This document shows, in pieces, positions 20,569-32,468 of a stretch of 64,000 bases of DNA. The stretch spans positions 5,766,001 to 5,830,000 of the forward strand of contig CP110439.1 of NCBI GenBank assembly GCA_026914245.1. Reading direction: 5' to 3'. The notes below the pieces were generated by a model. It made no database searches. It was not told where the DNA came from and worked only from the letters and a program-made list of their open reading frames with translations. Every line of letters starts with the position of its first letter. Positions within the stretch are counted from its first letter, which is position 1. This stretch comes from Puccinia triticina (Eukaryota). The position numbers and the translations under genes were made by a program.

Positions 20569-23500
20569 TCAATTTTGGTCTCCAATGCCCCCGCAAGGAA
20601 AATATTCCTTGACCTGATCTGCCGCAAACCGACGTTTGAGTTCCGTGCCATCAAGCTGGGTGAGGATGTAGGAGCTGCCCTGAACCTGCTTGACAATCCG
20701 GTATGGTCTGTTCCACTTGTGGGCAAAAGGTTGGCCCCACTGGACCTCCAACAACCGATTGTAGGCAAGGACTAGGGTGCCAGGCAAAAGCGGGTTGCGT
20801 AGTCAATCCAAATTCCAATCTTGCTAATACCTGATAGCTTCAGCCCGGGATTTCATCATCCAGCCGTAAGCAACTTGTTGGGATTCTTCGCTGCGCTCAA
20901 GTTGTCTAGACTGTGCCACAAGTAGGTCGGAGGTACCATGAACGTCTTCCCAGTCCACTCCTAGGAAAGTGTCAGCCGGGCTACTATAATAAGTTAGAGC
21001 CCGGCTAACTATTGTAACATTATTGTATGTACTAATAGCGGCGCAGAGCACTGCGTACAAAATAAACTTCTTTCTTGGAAAGTCCTAGCTGCGGCGCGGA
21101 GCGCCGCGCACAGAATAAATACATACATAATAATAAAAAATATCCTTTAGACGAGTAAGGATAATAAGCTCTGGCCAAAGAATCGGCAGGAGAAAGAATT
21201 ACAGTTCAAACCTGTTCTCAAGCCAAGAGAACGGGTTGCAAGACACTCTCAAGAGACTACTAAACTGAGAGTAGTCTCCATGAGAAATAGAAGGACTTTG
21301 GTCGGGGAGGAGACAAACAGAAGTATACTACTCCTCCTCCCCCGGCCGATGATGGAACACAAACCACGCTATTCCTCAAGCCAAGGAATAGCATAAAGAT
21401 AGAATAACAAATAAAATGAACGGGAGTGTAGGGACTAGTAGAATCCCCCTTCACTCCCGTCACCCTTTTCAGAAGCACTGCTTCCTCCGGCCGAGAAACC
21501 GAGGAAGCATTTGCAATAAGAGCTACAACCCTACTGGTCGTAGCTCAAATATATAATCAAGGGCCTTTGGGAGAAGGAAGGCCCCTCAGATACCTATTAT
21601 AACCAGTTCGACGCATTGCCAGTCTTGCCACTTGTCTCATCAACCAATTTGCCAGCCTGACCTCGCCTCAACTTTGGTTTTTTTGGATCAATCGTGTTTT
21701 TTTTTGTCGCAGACTTCCTTTTACAAGTAAGTCTGCGTTTTTTTCCTTTCCACCGGGATTTTTATCCCTTTATATCTCCTGGGAGCGATTTATTGCGCAA
21801 TCACCCCCTTTCCAAGGGCCCCAGACAACACAGGCTACAAAAACCCCTGCGCAGGCCCTGTAAGAACCGCGGAGGGCACTAAACCACCCCAGGCGCCCCT
21901 GGCCCCTCCGTTTAACCCCCTTTTTGGGTTCATTAGAAGTAACTGTCTTCAGTTACTTTGCACTTTTACCGCGCTTTTGCTGCGCGCGCTATCGCACCGT
22001 GCTCTGTCGCCGGCGTAGCTAGAAGAGCACTCTTGCTCTTGGAATCACCAAGCCTGACAGAAAGATTCAATATCTAGGTTAATGGGAAGGGCGGCGCGCT
22101 GCCCGAACACAAGCTCGTACGGCGAGTAGCCTGTTTTGTGCTCGGTGCAGATGCAATCCGCGAACAAAACCAGCGGCAAGAACTTGCAACAGTTCTTGCC
22201 AGACTCTCCCGCTAACTTGACCAGGGCTGCTTTAAGAGGAGCATTCCCTCTCTCGACCATACCTTGCGCTTCCGGGTAATATGGCATTGAGACCCAATGT
22301 TGAAGTGGCAACGAGCCAAGCATTTTGGCCAAAGCTCCACAAAATTCTGACCCACCCTCAGTTGAGTAAGAACGCGCTAGACCTGCAAATCACATGGTCC
22401 AGTGCTCCTGCAAGAATGCGGCAACGGCCTCAGAAGTGATATTATTGAGGAACTTGGCTTCCACCCAGCCTGAGAATTCATCACGCGCAACAATGAGATA
22501 CTTCGCACCGCTAGCTTTGACGTGTACGACGTCCATTGAGACCCAACCAAACAGACTGTCTTTGCCTGTTGGGTACTGCACTTCCATATGTTGGGTACTG
22601 CACTTCCATATGTTGGCGTAAATCGCGCTTCTGGCAGGCTTTGCAGCTGCAGCACCAAGACTGAACTAATTTCTTGAGACCAGGCCACCAGAATTGATTG
22701 GCAACGCGGCAATAAGTTTCTGCTGTACCTTGATGCCCGAGATCTTTGTGCAAACGACGGAGGATTTTTTCCTGCTTGCCTGGAATAGTAACCACGATCC
22801 GAGGCAGCGGACTCCCTCTCCTCATGAGGCGACTTCCTTGGACAAAGAAGTCTGCTGCTTTCTTCTTCAAAGCCTGGAACGTAGTCAAGTCCATATCCAG
22901 GGGCCGTGCCAAAGTCAGGAGATAGTCCTCCAGATGACGCCAAAATCCCTCTTGATAATCATTGTAGCCTGGGGTGGCCCTGCCCGCGAAGGCGGACAAG
23001 GGTTGAATGAGAGGCGCTTCTTTGTTGAAGTCTGACGCGGGTGGATCTGACTCATTGTCACCTTGTGGTCTACAGGAAAGTCTGTCCGGCATCGTGAATG
23101 ATTTTCCCGGACGGTGAGTGATGTCGAAAGAAAATAGGTGGATGAACAAAACCTATTGCGTCATTGGGGCGTTGGGAAGGCTCAGCGGGTTGATCATCTG
23201 CACTAGAGACTGAGCATCAACAAGAAGCTCAAAATGTTGTCCTCAGAGGACAATCTAAAGCTTTTTGAGGATCCGGGCGACTCCACACAGCTTGAGTTTA
23301 GGTTGAGAGTACCGGGACTCAACGTCAGAAAACAACAATGATTCATAAAGCGCCGGCCAATCTCGCCCATCAGCATCCGCCTGTGTGAGAACAGCCCTGG
23401 AGGCGTGGAAGCTGGAATCCACGGCAAGCTTGAGGCGCCCCGCCTTTGGTCCATAATCCACTTTGACCAGAACAATGTCCCGCCCCACCAGGGACTTGAG

Positions 23501-24802
23501 TCGCTCAAAAGCTTCCGTGCAATCCTTGGTCCAGGAAAAATTAGCATCCTTCCGTGTCAGTTGCCGGAGGGGAAGACAGATCTGAGATAACCCTGGAATG
23601 AAAATCCTAACGTACACTCCCACACCCAAAAACCCACGAGCTTTGGTAGCGTCCTTTGGGGTAGGCCATGAAAAGATCTTATTCACTTTACTCTGCACCA
23701 TCCAAGGGCCCTCCTTGCAAACCACATGCCCGACGATCTCCAACGCGGGCACACACGCTGCCAACTTGGTTGCTGAAACCATCAAACCCGCTTCCTTGAT
23801 CCGGAACAAAACACGTGGTGTATTCCCAGACAAATCACCTAACTCCCGGATGCCAGGACAGAACCTCTCTGTTGTAATCTGAGACTGGGCCTTTGATGCC
23901 CCCGTTGTCAATGAACACTCCGGTGTGGTCTGGAATCTTGTCCTGCAGGACCCACATCATCTGCGCCTGGTAAACGGCAACAGAGTTAGTGGCGCCCTGC
24001 GGAAGGCAAGTCAGCTGAAATCTTCCTAAAGGGGTGTCAAAGGTGGTTAGTGGCCTGGAAAGTGGGTCCAAGGCGCGCTCGTCGTAGCTACCCAGTATGT
24101 CCCCTAGCCCATAGCAGGTGCGACCCAAGAACAATTCAACAAAGTCTTCTGTGGCTGGAGGAACTCCAGCATCCTTGACTGTTACTCGGTTCAATGGTTG
24201 AAGATCGTGGACAATGCGGAACTATCCATTGCTCTTCAGCACACAAAAGACCGGGGACAAATACAATGATGTCAACTGCTTGTAGAAACCGTTCCGCACT
24301 CGCTCTCAAAGGATCTTGGTATACTCGTCTAGTTTGGCAGCAGGAATAGGGATTTGCTTTTTCTGCCAAGGCTTGTGTTCAACAACCGGGATGATGTAGG
24401 GGAGGCCACGCTCTGACTCTTTGAAGGCAATCAACTGGTTATGCTTGGCTAGTACGTTATTGATGACGTTCAGCTTGTCTGGCCAGAGCCAACTGTCCGG
24501 CCCAAAATTCACTACCTGAAGGCGCTCTTTAGTGACGCGCCCCTTGGGGAAAAAAGGACCCGCCAACAAGCAGGGGAGATGTTGGTAAGGGTCTCAGGAC
24601 AGAGGGAGTCTCTGAAGGGGAGGATTAAGATCTTGAGGCATTGGCTGATTGATTGGCTTGACTTTCCGGGAGACCGGTTTGTACTTTGCTGCAAACACCA
24701 CATGTTTGCCAACTTTCCAGGCGCCCAAGAGCGCAGCTTGAGATTCCGCACCAAGTCCACACTGGAGCAAGCTCCACGTCCGTAGTTTGGGTAAATCCTC
24801 AA
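20569..24802 (-). pseudogene. pol: Gypsy pol of element C (RT, RNase H, integrase), fragmented
   Basis: RT LPQGATNS and VFIDNGGI, RNase H LAVDSS and YSQPKLKL, integrase LGHQG...CKAC, SMDVVH and PEAQGMVERGN. A 22-bp tandem duplication at 22567-22610 shifts the frame, and the solo LTR at 20970-22059 splits the C-terminus. Confidence 0.9.
20970..22059. mobile_element. Solo LTR (1090 bp) inserted in the integrase of element C
   Basis: Ends TGTCAGCC...GCCTGACA with 5-bp TSD GAAAG on both sides. The integrase reading (DIESF | LGVDW) rejoins when it is removed. Confidence 0.88.
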
Positions 24803-25900
24803 AAGGGGCCTTATCTGCGTACGAAAACCCGGACAGCGGAGAGCGGCTCACAATAGTGGCACGAGGTAGAGCTTTGAAAACATTTGGAGCATCACGCCTG
24901 GAGGTGCATAATTGGAGAGAACTTACTTTTAGTCTCCGATCCCTCTGCAGAACACCTTCTTCCACCTCATCCACCCAGGCCTCTATTGTTGGCAAACATA
25001 TTTTCACCTCATTGCGGAGGATTGTTAGTTTATACTTGTTAGAGAGGCTTGGAATTTTAGCATTATTGTGGAGGGTCCTCGCGGACAAAACTAGATTAAA
25101 TTCATTGCAGAGGGTTGCAGAAGACAAGACTAGTTTATCCTCATGGCAGAGCGTGAAGCCAGTGTCTTGAGGTGAAACGTCTTGACTTTGAGTTTGAGAG
25201 TTATGAAGAGAAACTGACAAGGGATGAAGGTCCTGATTGGCAGAGCTTTTGTGGTAGAATGCAGTTTTGCTTGAAGGCTGAAAGGAACACGGAACCAAAG
25301 AGATGCTCACGAGTGTGGCCCAAGGTAATGTTTTTGACAAGACGGTAGAATCTACCCAAGAGGTGCATACAGGGAGGGGGAACTTACTTTTAGTCTCCAT
25401 TGCCCCGCGGCATACCCCTGCTGGCTGCTGCAAACGGAACGTCCGCCTTCTGAAGAGTTTGAAGAAAAGAATTGATTGAACTGGGAGATTGGAGAGCTGA
25501 AGGAACCTCAGAGATATTTTTCTCAGTTGTCTTGATTTTCTTGGTGTTTTTGGGTTTGATGATCTTCAGATGAGTCGTTTGAGGGAAGTAAAGTAGATGG
25601 AACCAAATGAGAAGTGAAATAATGGGTCTCTTGATTTGAAGCCAATCCACCGGTCGTACGTTGAGGCCCTAAATTAAGACGGCCGGCTTGCGGATCAGCT
25701 TCACTCGTAAAAAATGTGAGTCTCCCTCAGGGTCCTCTTCAAGGCGTCCACAATGAACCAGGACACCCTTCCAACCGTGAGCTGGAAATTCTTGCTCCCA
25801 TCTTCCTTTATTGAATGGGCAGAGAGTTATCTCGATGTTCCTGCCACTAGAATCCGTAAGAATAATCTGCTCCCCAGCGGTTGAATTCCATCAAAAATGG

Positions 25901-27812
25901 TCAACCCAAGATGAACGGGCTGTTGGCTTGAGTGATCCAGAAATGGCAGGTCCCAACGATTGAGCGGCCCACACGGACCGGAACGTCTTCCACAATTCCA
26001 ATCAACTCACAAGCTTGATTATTGATACTGTAAACTGCCAAACTGAAGTTCATCCTTGGCAAGAGGTTCAACTTCGTTGACAAAATATCCAAGATCAGAT
26101 TTAACTGCAAGCCTGAGTCAACTAACAGCAACAAGACCATTTTGCCTTCCCAAACGCTGCAGTTAAGGTACCCAAGCTGGCACAAATAAAGGTTTGGGTC
26201 AAACTCCCCTTCCGGGTTGATTCCCTCGGCCAGAGTGCCAGAATTGACTTTCAGATATTCAGTACCAACCTCCACGCAATACCTGGAGACCCATTTCTTC
26301 ACCCCATCCGAGACCGCTGGCAATACCAAACAGATCTCTCCAACAGTTGTGGTCACAGGTAGATCAAAAATCCTCTTGACAAGCCAATTGACTGCGTCGG
26401 GGTGGTTGCAAGAGACCCTGCGCTCAAAGCAAACCTTTGGCTGTTGTCCTGTAGCTTTAGGGGGCGTGACAGAACAAGGAGGCTGCTCCTTTGGCGGAGA
26501 AGGCTTGGGATCTGGCTTGTTCATGATCCTATCAGAAAGCTCCGGCTCGTCTTCCCCTTGAGGTTGCGCCAGGTCCGTGGCTACGCTAGGCATCTTCCTC
26601 AACTGCCTCTTCAACTGTGTTGACGGAACCAGAGGCACCTTGAATGGTTGAGAATCCTTGTGGTGCTTCCTGCCCGCCGGATCAGACTCATGAGCTCCTG
26701 CAAATGATTGGGAGGACACCGCTGGCGGATACCAGGGCTGCAAAGATCCGCAGCTTGCCTTATATTTGGTGGTGGCCGCGCTCAACGTTGGATGGGTTGG
26801 AGTCGGGGGTCTGGGTTCTTGCGCAGATGAAGTTGGCTGAAAAGAAGCCACAACGTGGCAGATGGGTGTACTACTGTCAAACGGGATGAGCGCACTGTTG
26901 GGAAGGAAAAAGTTGGTTCCTGGTTGTTCGACGAGGCCCGCCTCCTTATCCTTTGCAAGCTCTCGACAGCGGCCAGCCCAATGATTTTTGCGGTGGCAAT
27001 AATAGCACACCAGTGGCGGCCGGTCCGTTGATGCCAAAGCCTTAGAGGGAATAGAATCTATTTTCTGATCAATCTTATGTTCAAACGCCTTCAAAATCTG
27101 CAAAAGCTTGTCCACATTGGGGGCAGGTTTCAAAGATGTTGGAGCTTCCTTGGGATGGCGATCCTTGCCCATCTTCTTCATGACAGAGTTAACCTCTTGA
27201 AATAAGGGGCCAACAACAAGCTGTCTGGTCCTCAACTCCTCAAACGTGAGTGCGGTTTGCTCTTTCATCACCGCATCCACGGCGTCCTTGAGGATCTTGA
27301 AAGTCGGCAGCTTGAACCGATGATCTAGAGTAGTCACCATTGTACCATTGCAAATCAGCTTCTTTCTGATCTTGTCCTGGGTGGTGGTCAAAAACCCTTG
27401 ATAATAAGAGTTTTGAATCTTTTCCACCCAATCAATGTGCGCTTTCAAAAGCAGATATGACTGTATTGGCTCCCAAGACTGACAGAACTTCTGGTAATCC
27501 GTTGTTGAAGCCACGCCTCCCTTGGAAACCCAGTCTTCGACCAGAGCCGTCAGATCGCAAGTTGTGAACCTTGCGGTGTCCACCTGGACCATTGCAGCCT
27601 TGAGCTTAGGCCAATTGGGAGGACTGAACCCCTAGAGCGTCTCAAGGATATCCAACAACTTGTCCATTGCGAGAAACAACCAAATCTGCCGGGCCATGTC
27701 AAGCTTGGTGGCCTCATCCAGACTAACCACCATCTCATAGGTTTTGATGAACCTTTTGACCTTAGTCCCGTCGAAGCATAGCCGCTTATTTGGCGATTTG
27801 ATCTTGACCATT
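25901..27812 (-). pseudogene. gag: Gypsy gag-protease of element C
   Basis: ORF 25901-27592 has zinc knuckle CYYCHRKNHWAGRC and protease LLVDSG...FILG. Upstream gag-like sequence is broken by stops. Confidence 0.85.
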
Positions 27813-28204
27813 GCAGCGGGTTCTAGAAGAAAGATTTGACAAACGACGGGGTGCGGCTCACAGCATGGCTAGGTTGCTTTCAACAAGGTGTGGAGAAGCC
27901 CAAGAGGTGCACTAATGGAGGGGACTTACTTTGACATCTCCTTTGCCCCACAACTGAACGCACCAAAAAAAAAAAAAAGAAAAAAGAAAGAAAAACTTTG
28001 AGTCAATCTTGATCCTGAAACAAAGGGGGAAGGTTCCCGTAACAATATTGTTGTTGATGGATGGGCAAGAGATGACAAGAGAATGATGTGGAAAAGAATC
28101 TGAGCCAGTTCAGCCAAGATTTTGAGGTTCCAACTGATGGAAATAAAAAAAAGGAAAAGGAAAAAAAAAGAAAAATCATAACCGCCAAACGCCTCAAAAC
28201 CACA

Positions 28205-28257
28205 GTGCAAGACTGTAAATCTTGAGGTTGCTGGTTTGATCCCAGCTCAAGGGACCA
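28205..28257 (+). other. tRNA-Tyr(GTA)-derived 3' two-thirds copy ending in CCA; extended primer-binding site of element C
   Basis: CAAGA-CTGTAAA-TCTTG anticodon arm (GTA at 28215-28217), then GCTGG-TTTGATC-CCAGC T arm, then acceptor strand ending GGGACCA 2 nt from the LTR. No D arm or 5' half. Confidence 0.85.
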
Positions 28258-28259
28258 AA

Positions 28260-29036
28260 TATGGAGCTCCGTCCGGTGTTAGGCTGGCGGCAGCGCTGGG
28301 AGTGGGAAAGATGTTGTGTGACTGCCCTCACCAATGGTCTGGATGAGTCTTCAGGGATTTGAGTGATAGCTTTGTGGTGGAGTGGTTTTGGGAGTTTGCC
28401 GGGGGGTTAGATCCTTGGCGGCGGTTTTGTTTGTCGGAGCATCTGGGGGGGATCACGTGAGATCATTGAAGGTGGGACTTGTCGGTATGCTGGACTCGGG
28501 ATCTTGTAGACTTGTGATGGCGGATCAGAATGCCATGCCCCTCCCTTCCTCCAAGTTCTGCAAACTTGGACTCCGGGAGGCACATGTCACGTGCATTTCA
28601 TCATTTCCTTGCGCGCTGTGCGCGCGCACACAACACAACACAAAGAGACAAGAAAAAAAAAGAAAATAGAAAACAGAAAAACAAAACTCAGCAGAATGGA
28701 AATAGAGTAGAAAGAAGAGAAAAAAACCACAGCCTAAAATGACACAAACCAGAGAGAGGAAGAAGGGAAATAGATTAAAAACAAAAGACAGGGAATAAAA
28801 CCCACAGCACAAGCTGTGTTAGGACCAAGAAAGGAAAAGGAGAGGGAATAGAGAGGGAAGTGAGGAATAAGAAAAAGGGGAGGGAGGAATGGTCTGAGAA
28901 CCTTGAGCCTTGAGGGTCTTGATCGTGAGTTTTGATGAGAGTTTTGAGACTTGAGAACTGAGTCTTGGATCTTGATGGGAGCGCCAGTGAGATTTGAGAA
29001 CTGAAAATTACTTTGACTACCGGTTTGACCACCACA
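28260..29036 (-). repeat. 5' LTR of Gypsy element C
   Basis: Repeat of 19617-20393. On the minus strand it reads TGTGG...CCATA. Confidence 0.95.
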
Positions 29037-29725
29037 CTGCGCAGGCCTGAAGAGCCTCCTTTGTTGGGCCCACATCCTCAACTAATTGGAGCTCTTCTGT
29101 GGGCATCCAAATGCACACCACCAGACATAGCCTTTGCAGCAAACAGGCTTTCTCAGTTCCTTTGAGGCCCATCAGAATCTCACTGGAGGGCGGCAGTCAG
29201 GGTTCTTCACTACCTAATCTCAACAAAAGCACTTTTTCTCCGACTTGGAGGTTCTCTGACAGCTGCGGGTTTCTTGGACTCGGACTGGGCTGAGAATCAC
29301 CACGATAGGAAATCCACCTCTGCATACACCTATTGACTGGGGGACGGCACAATCTCTTGGGAGTCTCACAAACAAGCCACAGTATTTTTATCAAGTACTG
29401 AGGCGGAATAAAAAGCAATGTCCAACTCATGTAAAGAAGCCATGTGGCTACAATACGTTCTCACTGAACTCAAGTTGCGGCCAAAGGCTGCCATACCCCT
29501 TCATGTTGAAAACGCCGGCGCAGAAGCCCTAGCCAAAAATCCAGAACACCACGCGCGCACCAAGCACATTGATGCCCGTTATCACTTTTTCCGCGAGTGT
29601 GTCAAGCAAGGTAAAATTGTGGTGTTACATGTCTTGACAAAAGACATGTTGGTGGACATGCTCACCAAGCCCCTTAATCAAGTCCTCCTGGAAGAACACC
29701 GCAGCCGGTTTGGAGTAGTTCAATT
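29037..29725 (+). pseudogene. Copia RT C-terminus and RNase H of element B
   Basis: LIGALLW, TRPDIAFA-like, DSDWA, STEAE, HARTKHIDARYHF and DMLTKPL motifs. Confidence 0.92.
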
Positions 29726-29790
29726 TTCTTCCCTTTTTCTTCTTCTTTCTTTCTTTCTCTTTTCTCTCATGTGGTTTTCAGCAAGGGGGG

Positions 29791-30109
29791 TGTTGAGATT
29801 TTCAGGTTGTTTTGTGTTGTTTCTTTCTCTCTCTGCTTCCAACTACATGTACATACATTTCACTGTCTGTGACATCCATGTTTGTAGTCACCTGGAGGAG
29901 CAGACGTGGAAGGCCATTCCTCATCCTTCCACAAACTCTGCTATCACTGTGCTCTGCTGTTCCAGGTGAGTTCTTTTCTCTTTTTCATCTCTCTCTTTCT
30001 TCTCTTCTGTTTTCTTTTTCTTTTCTCTTCTCTCTGATGAAATGAATGTTATCCTTCCACAAACTCCGCTATCACTGTGTTCTGCTGTTCCAGTTGATTC
30101 ATCTCAACA
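29791..30109 (+). repeat. 3' LTR of Copia element B
   Basis: Direct repeat of 15508-15813, followed by TSD CCCAC. Confidence 0.95.
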
Positions 30110-32468
30110 CCCACACTCTTGGAAGGGCGAGTATTGTTGATTCAATAGGCAATCTTGAATGCTTGTTGCGTCCGTTTTGTCCCATTCTTTCCCTAGAACT
30201 CAGCATTTCCAAATCAAAACTCATCATGGGAGTTTGCTTGGCACTTGCGTGCAAGTGCCATCGCAAAATATTGTTTAAGAACCCTGGTAGATATATCCTG
30301 GAACATTAACCTCAAAACATGCTGAAGTGAGGGATTTATGTTGAGATTATGCTCAATTGAACTTAAGGCATGTTGGAAAGGCGTTGGAGTCACCTTGAAA
30401 CCAACTTTAACTTGAATCTATGTTTTACTGGAACTATTTTATAACACATTTGAAACTGCCTTGCAAAGCAATATCAAATACTTGGCAGAAACAAGGGATT
30501 TTCCGCGAGATTGATATATTTCAATTTATCATGTGTTTATCATAAATTTCAAAAAGCTTAATATCTGTTAGCCCCATGAAAAAACTGAGGGTACTAGGTG
30601 GTAGGTGATGTGAAGCCAACTCCAGCCTTAACTATAACCATAAACTTATGGACAAGGGGTAGAACCCCCTGATGATGACAAAGGGGCCATTGTCATTCAA
30701 GGGGAGTAATGTTGGATTACCACTGGAATTTCAGCAAATGTTTCTGAATGTCACCTGACACCTATTCACATCAATTTTGTCATGGTGTAGTGTTTCAAAA
30801 AAACATGCAAATGTACATTTGTGTGACACATTCTTCAGTTGCTGAAGTTTTTGCAACATAGTTTAAGTTAAGGGACCAGTACAGGGGGACAAACCTTGGA
30901 TTAACCAGGACTTGGGTATGAATTTATAAAATCTCCCTAAAATTATTTTTGTACATATTGCTAAAAATTACATACAATTTGTGAAGGTTTCATCCAAGCC
31001 CTTGGTGCTGCATGCGCACTCAGCTTGGCATTACTTGGCACAGTGATGAAAAATTCAACACACTAGCACGCATGTGTAAATTTATGTGACATATTCTTCA
31101 GCTGCTGAAGTTTGTCACAATGGAGTTTGATTTCTGGGACAAGTCCAGGGGAGCCTCAGGTTACATGGGGTTTGTGAATGACTTCAGATAATCTCCTCAA
31201 ATGGTTTTTGTACAGATGGATGAAGATCAGGTAAAATTTGTAAAGGATTCTCCAAAGCCCCTGGTATTTCAGGGGCGCTCTGTGTGGCATGATATGGTTG
31301 TGTGAGGAACAATGTGTCAAACAAACGTATGCGTGTACGCTTGTGAGACACAATGTGTCAAACAAGCCTGCACATGTTACACGTTTGTGCAACAGTTGGT
31401 CCCTCAGCCAATGCAAGCCAAATCAAAACCATAGTACCATATCAACTTCAGACCTCTCAAAGTCTCACTCCACTCCATCATAAGTTTTAGCCATTATGAT
31501 AGAAAAAAATTGAGGAAACCTGGCAGATTTTTGGTGCCTGCTTTGAAAATGAATATAAAAATATTTTCTGAGAAACCATCAGGGTATGAGTTTACAAAGA
31601 GGTCAAAAATCATGATCTTCAAAACATGAGTACAGCAAAGGCAGGAAAGCTTGCTGTTTCCTTTGCCGATATTCCACCAAACACCAACCAAACACCAACC
31701 AAAAATCATTGCCAACCAGACCTGCAATACCCCCCACCTTCCACCTTCTTCCTCCATCCTCCCTCCCACTCACCCCCCCCCCCCCCCCCCCCCCCCTCCC
31801 CCCCCAACTTGCCCTCCCCTCCAGGCCTGACCAATTGCACTCACAAGCCAGCCCCCCAGCCAGCAACCCAGCAGCCACACACAGGATTTTTATTTTCCCG
31901 CTACCGCTACCGCTACTGGTGAGTCATGTCCCTCCCCCCATTTTTGGGCCCCACCAACTGACCATTGGGCTTTCCTTTTGCCCTTGGCCACCATCCAGCT
32001 GCCAGTCAACCTGTTGATCAGCAGCCCACACCAAAAAAACTTTTCAGCCTCTACCAGTGAGTGATTGCCCCCCCCCTTTTTTCGCCGTATCCAACTAACC
32101 AATTGGCCCTTCCATTTGCCCTCGGCCGCCAATCCACCCGTCAATCAGCACCCAGGCAGACCTTACCAGCCACTTGCGCACCCCCACGTCCTCTATACTG
32201 GAAACATTTTCCAACTCCACCTGGGGGGGAATTTGGGGGGTTTTTGGGTTTTCATTTTTTTTTTCACCTTTTTTTTCACCTTTTTTCGCTTTTTTTTTTT
32301 TTTTTTGGGGGGGGGGGGGGCTCAGCAATTTCAGGATTCTTTTCAAATATTTTTTCTTATTTTAAAATATATTTGTATCTTAGTTGTATAATTTTTTTAT
32401 CTTAATATAGTTGTATAATTTTTTTATCATAGTAGTCAAGTAGTACATTTACCAAAAAACATAGCTAT

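Larger units (their letters stand above)
19617..29036 (-). mobile_element. Ty3/Gypsy LTR retrotransposon (element C) nested in the Copia RT
   Basis: Near-identical 777-bp LTRs 19617-20393 and 28260-29036, flanks CCGC/CTGC (4-bp TSD, one CpG transition), tRNA-Tyr PBS at 28205-28257, and PPT-like GTGGTGGTGGGA (minus strand) next to the 3' LTR. Copia RT resumes at 29037. Confidence 0.95.
15508..30109 (+). mobile_element. Ty1/Copia LTR retrotransposon (element B), full length but decayed, with nested Gypsy
   Basis: LTRs 15508-15813 and 29791-30109 (TGTTG...AACA), 5-bp TSD CCCAC on both sides, PBS-like GGTTATGATACCCA at 15814, and PPT AGCAAGGGGGG before the 3' LTR. Domain order gag-PR-IN-RT-RH. 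Confidence 0.96.

Noticed and set aside
28205..28257. Functional tRNA-Tyr gene
   Set aside because: Lacks the 5' acceptor strand and D arm, encodes CCA and abuts an LTR, so it is a PBS-associated copy.
31770..31810. Long poly-C tract as a functional G-quadruplex/telomeric element
   Set aside because: A simple homopolymer in low-complexity TE flank with no supporting context, and its length is unreliable in assemblies.
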